A stretch of 64,000 nt of DNA, taken from assembly GCA_032161105.1 (NCBI GenBank), contig JAVHTD010000002.1; one strand, given 5' to 3'. Below, piece by piece: positions 57,445 to 64,000 of the stretch. The translations under genes and the position numbers were made by a program. This DNA is from Candidatus Thermosaccharophagus tengchongensis (GTDB lineage Bacteria; Armatimonadota; Fervidibacteria; Fervidibacterales; Thermosaccharophagaceae). The first letter of the stretch is position 1, and every line of letters starts with the position of its first letter. The notes under the pieces were generated by a model. The model made no database searches. It had not been told where the DNA came from and saw only the letters and a list, made by a program, of their open reading frames with translations.

Positions 57445-59911
57445 GTGAAGATAAGCGCACTACATAATACTTTGACTTTAGGTCAGGTGGCAAATCCCGT
57501 TCCTTGCTTAGTAACATAATCTGCATTCCATGTTCAGTCGCAAGCCATTGGCAAACTTGTATCATACCACGCACTCGTTCCCTATCAAGGTTGGCGAATG
57601 GCTCATCCAGCAGGATGAACGGTTTTCCGCTCGTCAAGCGCTTTGCCAGCGCAATTCGTGCCGCAAAGTAAAGTGGGTCACGCACACCAGGATTCATCTC
57701 GTGCTCCTCAAGGACATCCCCTTTCTCTGGATGCACCAAGCTGAAGCATTGCTTTTCTGGAATGTAACGCACTTCGCTGTATCTGCCACCAGTGATTTGC
57801 TTAAGCAGTTCGCCCATCTCTTTGGTTAATTCATCTGCCAATTCCTTGAAAAGCTGCTCTCGCACTTTTGGCAGCAGTTCCTCTAAGGCTCGCAGGACTT
57901 TTTCCCTGTGCTCCAAAGCTGCCTTTCTTGCCCTCAATTCCTCCACTATTTCCTCTTCGGCGCTAACCTGCTCAGCAGTCGGCAACCTCACCAACTCGCC
58001 CTCCAAACGCGCTACCTCTTTGCTTACCTTGCTGATTTCTTCCCGTAACTCCTTGCACTTCCTTTCACGCTGTTGCAACTCCCGTTTCAGTTTTTCCTCC
58101 GACAATTCAGCTAACTCCTCATGCTGCTGCTTCAGCTTTTCCACCTCGCGTTGCAAGGTTTGAACCTCCCGCCGAGCTTCGCTCAGCTTTTCCTCAAGTT
58201 CGTTCAAATTTGACGCATCCTGCCCCTTCAAGATAGCGTTAAATTCACCTTGCTTTTCACTCAATTCCTGCAATAGCTTATCGCGATTTTGGCGCTTTTT
58301 CTCCAGTTCCTGCTCCCGTCGCACTAACCCTTTGCGATCGGTAGCGTATTCTCGCATCCCTTCTAATTCTTTTTCCAATTCCTTCGCCCGCTCATCCAAC
58401 TTTTCCCACTCCGCTCTTAGGGACGCTTCGTCTCGTCCTGCCAGAATTGCCTTCTGCTCTCTCTCCAATTTATCTCGCTCATCCCACAGCTCTTCCAGTT
58501 GCTCCAATTTCAGCTCTAATGAACTCTCGTCATCTGCGTCATACTGCTGCATTAAAGCGTTTAACTCACAACAGATGTTATCCATTTGCTCCTGTGCGCG
58601 GTCCTGTATGCTCGCGTTCAAGGTAACCCAATTGCCAATTTGCAAGACCAAGTGCTGCCTCGCTCTATCCTGGTAGCTACCTCCAGCCTGAATCGGCGCT
58701 TCAACTGTTGGCTCACCGTCGCGTTCCACCCGCAAGACGACATCTTGCTGCGCTTGTATTTGAAATGCCAAAGCTCGTTCCTCTTGAGACTCCTCAAGAG
58801 TTTTTCTGCGTTCCAATAGGCGCTCAAGCTTCTTTCTGGCTTGACGCACTTGCTGCAGTGTAGTGTCCCTGAGCTGCTCCTTCAATTCGCCAAGTTTTTC
58901 TCTCACCTCGTTCAATTGCTCTATGCGTTTGCCGAGCTCATCTCTTTCTCTCTTCACTCGTTCCAGCTCCTCAGCCTTCTCCACATATTGTCGCCGCTGT
59001 TCTACTTCGTTCTCAAGTTGCCTCACCTCTCGGTCAGCATGCTTAAGTTCGGGCTTAAGCGCTTTTATCTCATCATCCAGTTGACGAGCCCTATCAATCG
59101 CCCTTTTTATTCCCAGCTCATCCTTCTCCGCCTCACTCAGCATATGCATAGCTTCAATTAGCGGACGCAATGTCTCCAGCCTCTGTTCAGCCTCCTTAAG
59201 CCCCCTTTGCATTTCATCCATTTTCACCCTCAGCTCTGCCAATTTTTCCTCCTTCCCTTCGCGCTCGGCAATCTGCGCCTTTAGCTCCTTAAGCGTTTTT
59301 TCCTGTTCCTCCAATTCCCTTTCCACTTGTGCTATTTCCCCCGTTGGTCTTCCATGCACTTCACGGCGCATTCTGCGCCGCTCTTCGGTCACCTGATTTT
59401 GCAGTCGGTCCAATGGAATTCCTGCCCCAAACACACCCTCTAAAGCAGCAGACAATCCTTCCACTTCAAGGCGCCCCAACTCCTCCTGCTTCACGCAAAT
59501 GGTTGCCAATGCTTCATGCTTTGTGCTCAAACCCAATGCCTCTTCAATCTTCTGCTGCACCCTTTGATGCCCCCGTAGCCTTTCCTTGCCCGTGTCCAAC
59601 TCAACGCGACCTTCCTCAAAGTCCTTGCGCAGTCGCCATGTTTCTCCATTCACCTCAAGCTCCATTTCAATGGTGAAGTATTCGCTGGCATCCCACGACC
59701 GCTCCCGCAAGATTGCCTGAGCCGTTGTTCTCGCCTGCTCAAATAGTCCAATCAATATCGCCAACGCAATCGTGCTCTTACCCACATCGTTGTCGCCACA
59801 GATGATGTTAAGTCCATCTTTAAGCACAAGCCCTTTGTCGCCAAATCGCTCCAACACTCTGTTGCGGAAGTTCACCGCCTTGATTCTTTTAATCGCTACC
59901 CTGCTCGCCAT
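57440..59911 (-). CDS. Rad50/SbcC-like (YhaN-type) SMC-family coiled-coil ATPase
   Basis: Walker A 'GDNDVGKST', Q-loop 'VKQEE', long coiled coil, Walker B/D-loop 'ILLDEPFANLD'. Overlaps the upstream nuclease gene. Confidence 0.88.
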   Translation of the reverse strand: MASRVAIKRIKAVNFRNRVLERFGDKGLVLKDGLNIICGDNDVGKSTIALAILIGLFEQARTTAQAILRERSWDASEYFTIEMELEVNGETWRLRKDFEEGRVELDTGKERLRGHQRVQQKIEEALGLSTKHEALATICVKQEELGRLEVEGLSAALEGVFGAGIPLDRLQNQVTEERRRMRREVHGRPTGEIAQVERELEEQEKTLKELKAQIAEREGKEEKLAELRVKMDEMQRGLKEAEQRLETLRPLIEAMHMLSEAEKDELGIKRAIDRARQLDDEIKALKPELKHADREVRQLENEVEQRRQYVEKAEELERVKRERDELGKRIEQLNEVREKLGELKEQLRDTTLQQVRQARKKLERLLERRKTLEESQEERALAFQIQAQQDVVLRVERDGEPTVEAPIQAGGSYQDRARQHLVLQIGNWVTLNASIQDRAQEQMDNICCELNALMQQYDADDESSLELKLEQLEELWDERDKLEREQKAILAGRDEASLRAEWEKLDERAKELEKELEGMREYATDRKGLVRREQELEKKRQNRDKLLQELSEKQGEFNAILKGQDASNLNELEEKLSEARREVQTLQREVEKLKQQHEELAELSEEKLKRELQQRERKCKELREEISKVSKEVARLEGELVRLPTAEQVSAEEEIVEELRARKAALEHREKVLRALEELLPKVREQLFKELADELTKEMGELLKQITGGRYSEVRYIPEKQCFSLVHPEKGDVLEEHEMNPGVRDPLYFAARIALAKRLTSGKPFILLDEPFANLDRERVRGMIQVCQWLATEHGMQIMLLSKERDLPPDLKSKYYVVRLSSR

Positions 59912-61058
59912 CTCCCTCACCCCCTATGGCTTGCAAGCGATTCAACCCATCTATTGCGGCTTCAAGCCAAACGCGCTTTTCATCCTCACTGGAAGCAGCG
60001 TCATAGCGCTCCTTTGCCATGCGCACTAATTGACCCGCAAAGGTGCTTGCAGGATAACGACGCAGAAGCCTTCTCCAATCCATGTGTTGCAGCGCTTGTC
60101 GGTCATCCAATTCAACCCAAAAGAATGCCTGTGCCAACTCACCCCCTTCGCTGCACCATTCATGAACTTCCCGTAGTTGCTCTGGTTGGAAAATCCCACT
60201 TAACTGGACAGTGAGCAGTTTATGCTCCGCATCTGGAAAGCGTTTGATGATGGCGCTCGCCCCGCGACCAATATCCTTTTCCGTCATAGACCATACAACC
60301 TCTTCATAGGCACCGATTTCTTTGGGCGTCACCTTAACTTGTTTGCCATCCCATTCCACCAATGCCACTTTACCTTTGCCGTCGGGTGGAGCAAAGGACA
60401 GATATTCCAGCGCACCTGGATAGACTGCTACTTTGCCATCAACTCGTTGCGTCAACCATTTGTGCCAATGCCCTAATGCGAGGTAGTGGAATGGGCTGCG
60501 AGCGATTTCGTCTCGCTCAATTGGAAAGTCAGGTTCGCTCACTCCACCAAAGCGCAGTGACCCATGCAGCAATGCCACGAGAAAATCCCCCTGAGGAATT
60601 TGAAGCTGCTCCATCACTTGACGCAGCGGATGATCTATACCGTCTTTATCTGGGCATGCCCATCCAGCGACTACCAAAGTGCCGCGCTTTACTTTCCAAG
60701 GCACAACATCCGTTTCAACAAACACAACTGCATTGGATGGCACACGGTTGCTTTGAAGCAACCGTTCCCAAAGTGACCCTTTGCCTGAATGGTCATGATT
60801 GCCAGGGCAGATGAACACTGGTGTTGGCTTTAACGCTTCAAGCATGCGCATCACATGACGGATAGTATCAGCACTTATTATAGGCGCATCAAACAGGTCG
60901 CCGCTGATCAACACGGCGTCAACATCCTCATTTTGTGCCAAGTCCATCGCCCGCTTAAGCGCCTCTAATACAGCTTCTCGCAATTGCCTACCTCGCTCCG
61001 TGCCCAATTTTCTGAATGACGCTCCCACATGCACATCCGCTAAATGCAATAACTTCAT
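59889..61058 (-). CDS. Mre11/SbcD-like (YhaO-type) metallophosphoesterase nuclease
   Basis: All five motifs are present: 'LADVHVG', 'SGDLFD', 'PGNHD', 'LLHG', 'ALGHWH'. Confidence 0.92.
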   Translation of the reverse strand: MKLLHLADVHVGASFRKLGTERGRQLREAVLEALKRAMDLAQNEDVDAVLISGDLFDAPIISADTIRHVMRMLEALKPTPVFICPGNHDHSGKGSLWERLLQSNRVPSNAVVFVETDVVPWKVKRGTLVVAGWACPDKDGIDHPLRQVMEQLQIPQGDFLVALLHGSLRFGGVSEPDFPIERDEIARSPFHYLALGHWHKWLTQRVDGKVAVYPGALEYLSFAPPDGKGKVALVEWDGKQVKVTPKEIGAYEEVVWSMTEKDIGRGASAIIKRFPDAEHKLLTVQLSGIFQPEQLREVHEWCSEGGELAQAFFWVELDDRQALQHMDWRRLLRRYPASTFAGQLVRMAKERYDAASSEDEKRVWLEAAIDGLNRLQAIGGEGDGEQGSD

Positions 61059-61229
61059 TTGCCTCTCCTCCCCCTTGACAACCTTTCCCTTTCAAAATCG
61101 GGGCGGGCTTTTTTGAGAACGCTCATGAGTTCCTCAAGGGCTTTTAGAGAAAGCCCAGCAAAGCCACGAAAGATAGTGGGAGATTTTTGCTCTTTTCAGG
61201 TTCAATATGGTCACTTTCGCCCCTTGCAT
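61055..61229 (-). pseudogene. Probable frameshifted N-terminal remnant of an IS5-family transposase
   Basis: MQGAKVTILNLK (from 61229), then a +1 frame KEQKSPTIFRGFAGLSLKALEELMSVLKKARPDFERERLSRGRRGK*. It begins just inside the right IR. Confidence 0.45.
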
Positions 61230-61243
61230 GGTCGGGTTATAAT

Positions 61244-61282
61244 GGTAGCAATGTCAGGGCAAAAAGATATGGCGCAATAAGT
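61244..61282 (-). repeat. Right terminal inverted repeat
   Basis: ggtagcaatgtcagggcaaaaagatatggcgcaataagt. Confidence 0.9.
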
Positions 61283-61305
61283 TTATTCGCAGGGGCACTG
61301 AGCTT

Positions 61306-62499
61306 TCATTCCTCATCACTGGATTGCCTTCGTGGTGAGCGCAAGAATGTGGGCGTGTCTATATCCTCCATCCCCTCCTCCAGCTCTTTGAGCAGCTCGT
61401 CAACTCTGCGCCTTGCCCCAACCCGCTCCACACTCGCAGGTGGAGCTGTCCCGCCAGTTAGCACTTGCTCTTGCCTTCCCTCGCGGGCAACTTTCTGTTG
61501 GCTGCGTTGCCTTTCCAATTGTTCCCTACTTTCCATCTCTGTGCCTGCCCCAAACCCGGTGGCTATAAGCGTTAGGCGCACCTCATCCATAATTTGCTCA
61601 TCCAATGCTATGCCTATGCGCATGTCTAACCCTTCGGTGCCACACGCATCCTTGATGATCCTCATCACCTCATGCAGTTCCGGCGGCGAAAAATCCGCTG
61701 GTGCAATTATATTCATCAGCCCTCTCGTTGCGCCCTCAACTGAATGCTCAAGCAGCGGGTTTGAGATGGCATTTCTTGCAGCCTCAATATGCCGTTCGTC
61801 GCCTTTCCCAATGCCTATCCCGATCAATGCCACGCCCGCGTTCGTGAGGACACTCCTCACATCGGCAAAGTCAATGTTTATGTAGCCCGGAATCGTGATG
61901 AGGTCACTTATGCCCTGCACAGCTTGTCTTAGGACATCATCAACCATTGCAAATGCATCCTTGAGAGTCATGCGCTTGTCAGAGAGCTCCCATATCCTGT
62001 CATTTGGTATGGTGATGATGGCATCCACAACCTGCCTCAATTGTTTTATGCCCTCGTCAGCTATCCGTGCTTTCCCTATTCCCTCTTCGGCAAACGGCTT
62101 TGTCACCACAGCGACGGTGAGCGCTCCAAGTTCACGAGCCACCTGTGCCACTATGGGGGACGCTCCTGTTCCTGTGCCGCCGCCCATTCCAGCTGCGATG
62201 AAGACCATGTCCGGGCGTTCAAGCGCCTCGACTATCGCATCTCTATCTTGTTCAGCTGCTTGTCTGCCGATCTCCGGGTTGCCACCAGTCCCAAGCCCAC
62301 CTGTTAGGCGTTGACCAATCTGGACTCTGTTTTCGGTGAGCGATTTAGCTAAGTCCTGAACATCGGTGTTGATCACGATGAAGTCGACTCCCTTTAATCC
62401 CCACTCAATCATGTGATTGATGGCATTACCACCACCGCCTCCCACGCCGACCACTTTGATAATCGCGCCCTGCTTTGAGGCATTCATCATCCTCTCCAT
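61306..62499 (-). CDS. ftsZ: Cell division protein FtsZ
   Basis: 'IKVVGVGGGGGNA', tubulin signature 'GMGGGTGTG', 'INIDFADV', C-terminal 'DIDTPTFLR'. Start set at ATG 62499. Confidence 0.98.
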   Translation of the reverse strand: MERMMNASKQGAIIKVVGVGGGGGNAINHMIEWGLKGVDFIVINTDVQDLAKSLTENRVQIGQRLTGGLGTGGNPEIGRQAAEQDRDAIVEALERPDMVFIAAGMGGGTGTGASPIVAQVARELGALTVAVVTKPFAEEGIGKARIADEGIKQLRQVVDAIITIPNDRIWELSDKRMTLKDAFAMVDDVLRQAVQGISDLITIPGYINIDFADVRSVLTNAGVALIGIGIGKGDERHIEAARNAISNPLLEHSVEGATRGLMNIIAPADFSPPELHEVMRIIKDACGTEGLDMRIGIALDEQIMDEVRLTLIATGFGAGTEMESREQLERQRSQQKVAREGRQEQVLTGGTAPPASVERVGARRRVDELLKELEEGMEDIDTPTFLRSPRRQSSDEE

Positions 62500-62675
62500 C
62501 TTCTCGCCCCCTTTGGCATCCTCAATGCCATTTGGCAGTATCACAATACACCCTTTCGCATATCTGTGGCGCGTCATACGGTGATTGCAACGCTCTCACC
62601 TTCAGCGGTTTACTACCATTATGCATCATGGCGAAGCATCATGTCAACCATGCAATTTGACGATAGCAACAGGTA

Positions 62676-63845
62676 TCACTTGCGCCTCATGCGGCTCAAC
62701 TGCTCACTTGCGAATCTTCTCGCCCATGCATCCACTTCAAGCAGTTCATCTAACGATGGATTTGAAATAGCATCATGTGCCTGCATGACGCTCTCAATAA
62801 GGCGCGGTATGTCCATGAACCCAATCTCGTCCCTCAGGAATGCATTCACTGCAACTTCATCAGCAGCGCTCATGACCGCAGGCATAGTTCCACCGATAGA
62901 TGCAGCCTCACGCGCCAACCTGAGGCATGGGAAGCGCACGACATCAGGCTGCTCAAATGTCAGAGAGCCTATTGAAAGCAAATCGCATCCTGAGACTGGA
63001 GATGGAAGCCTGTGGGGATATAGCAGTGCATACTGTATCGGTAGGCGCATATCCGGCAGGCTCAATTGCGCCTTTATTGACCCGTCAACGAATTCAACCA
63101 TTGAGTGGATGATGCTCTGCGGGTGAATTAGAACCTCAATTTTTTCCGGCGGTGTGTCAAACAGCCACATTGCCTCAATTATCTCCAAACCTTTATTCAT
63201 GAGCGTTGCCGAGTCAATCGTGACTTTGGGACCCATCTTCCATGTTGGATGTGAGAGTGCCTCGGAGGGCGTCACCAGCTCAAGTTCGCTCAATGTCTTA
63301 CTCCTGAATGGACCACCTGAGGCTGTGAGTATTATCCGCTTTATACCCTCCCTTTGCTCGCCAAGGAGGCACTGGAAGATGGCACTATGTTCGCTATCAA
63401 CCGGTATGAGCTGCCCATCACTTTTGCGCCACACATCAATGACTATACTCCCACCAGCAACGAGTGCCTCTTTGTTTGCGAGCGCCAGTCGCTTACCTGC
63501 CTCAAGCGCTTTTATCGTCGGGACAAGCCCTATGCTGCCGCTGACGGCATTCAGCACGATGTCAACCTCGTGAAGCGTTGCAAGTTCAATCAGTCCATCC
63601 ATACCGACATGAACCTTCACATCCTCGCGCTGGAGCAAACTTTCAAGCCGCTTTGCAGCTTCGGCTTCATACACGCAGATGTGCTTTGCACCGCACCCCT
63701 CCCACTGCTCAATCAATGCCTCAACATTTGAGTAAGCAGCGAGCGCATAGATTTCAAGCTCGTCACTGTGCATGCGAGCTATCTCAATCGCCTGCCTCCC
63801 TATTGAGCCGGTTGAGCCAAGTATAGCAATCCTTGCCCTCCCCAT
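62676..63845 (-). CDS. dxr: 1-deoxy-D-xylulose-5-phosphate reductoisomerase
   Basis: 'LGSTGSIG', 'LANKE', 'PVDSEHSA', 'HPTWKMGPKVTIDSATLMNKGLE', 'HPQSIIHS'. Confidence 0.98.
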   Translation of the reverse strand: MGRARIAILGSTGSIGRQAIEIARMHSDELEIYALAAYSNVEALIEQWEGCGAKHICVYEAEAAKRLESLLQREDVKVHVGMDGLIELATLHEVDIVLNAVSGSIGLVPTIKALEAGKRLALANKEALVAGGSIVIDVWRKSDGQLIPVDSEHSAIFQCLLGEQREGIKRIILTASGGPFRSKTLSELELVTPSEALSHPTWKMGPKVTIDSATLMNKGLEIIEAMWLFDTPPEKIEVLIHPQSIIHSMVEFVDGSIKAQLSLPDMRLPIQYALLYPHRLPSPVSGCDLLSIGSLTFEQPDVVRFPCLRLAREAASIGGTMPAVMSAADEVAVNAFLRDEIGFMDIPRLIESVMQAHDAISNPSLDELLEVDAWARRFASEQLSRMRRK

Positions 63846-63858
63846 CTGGATTGCTCAC

Positions 63859-63999
63859 CTACCTGAGCCATCGCAGGAAGGCATTTGCAATGATATGCGG
63901 AGCTTGCTCAACTCCTACAAGAGCCACATTGACAACGATGTGATATAACGAGGCGTCGTTCCAATCAACGCCGTAGAACTGGCGCAAGTAAAGTGAGCG
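63859..63999 (-). CDS. Cytidylate-kinase-like family protein, C-terminal fragment (runs off the window)
   Basis: Manual translation RSLYLRQFYGVDWNDASLYHIVVNVALVGVEQAPHIIANAFLRWLR*; 'Y...FY..DW.D...YH..iN' is typical of this family. Confidence 0.6.
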   Translation of the reverse strand, partial: RSLYLRQFYGVDWNDASLYHIVVNVALVGVEQAPHIIANAFLRWLR

Positions 64000-64000
64000 T

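Larger units (their letters stand above)
57405..61283. mobile_element. Non-autonomous TIR-bounded element (probably IS5-family-derived) carrying an Mre11/Rad50-like pair
   Basis: 39-bp inverted repeats at both ends (35/39), TA on both outer flanks, transposase-like remnant inside one end. Removing it restores a compact radical-SAM/ftsZ junction. Confidence 0.7.

Noticed and set aside
61260..61287. IR ends read as Xer/dif-like 11-6-11 sites (caaaaagatat-ggcgca-ataagtttatt)
   Set aside because: Imperfect dyad symmetry exists, but the match to dif arms is weak. The homology extends asymmetrically inward, and the TA flanks and transposase-like remnant fit IS TIRs better. Kept only as an alternative.
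61059..61885. Plus-strand ORFs 61059..61280 and 61187..61885
   Set aside because: Antisense to ftsZ or to the element leader, with no recognisable motifs.

Overview
A gene-dense bacterial chromosomal window with about 40 CDS. I recognised no rRNA, tRNA or CRISPR array. GGTGA-type ribosome-binding sites, E/K/R-rich proteins, a DUF1559 prepilin-like protein and many large secreted carbohydrate-active proteins suggest a thermophilic polysaccharide degrader, possibly Armatimonadota (inference only). Contents in order: (i) sugar and accessory catabolism (Gfo/Idh/MocA, non-Pyl MttB, amidohydrolase, GH5-like, LamG-GH116); (ii) a GAF histidine kinase, PurN-like formyltransferase, HAD and PfkB run; (iii) a type IV pilus operon (pilM-N-O, PilP/W-like, a barrel-less secretin paralogue, secretin) with extreme low-complexity regions, followed by aroC; (iv) lyase-like proteins, LarA-domain protein and lipid kinase; (v) trpF, an active plus a catalytically dead ketosynthase, HEAT protein, Tat oxidoreductase, glyQ; (vi) fba, GH101/129-like protein, pilin-like genes, PfkB, nurA, radical SAM; (vii) ftsZ and dxr. 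The strongest unexplained structure is a ~3.9 kb element (57405-61283). It is bounded by 39-bp terminal inverted repeats (35/39 identical) flanked by TA, is inserted at the radical SAM stop codon, has no intact transposase (only a likely IS5-family N-terminal remnant), and carries an Mre11/SbcD plus Rad50/SbcC-like nuclease-ATPase pair as cargo. All family assignments come from motif recognition by eye, not database searches.
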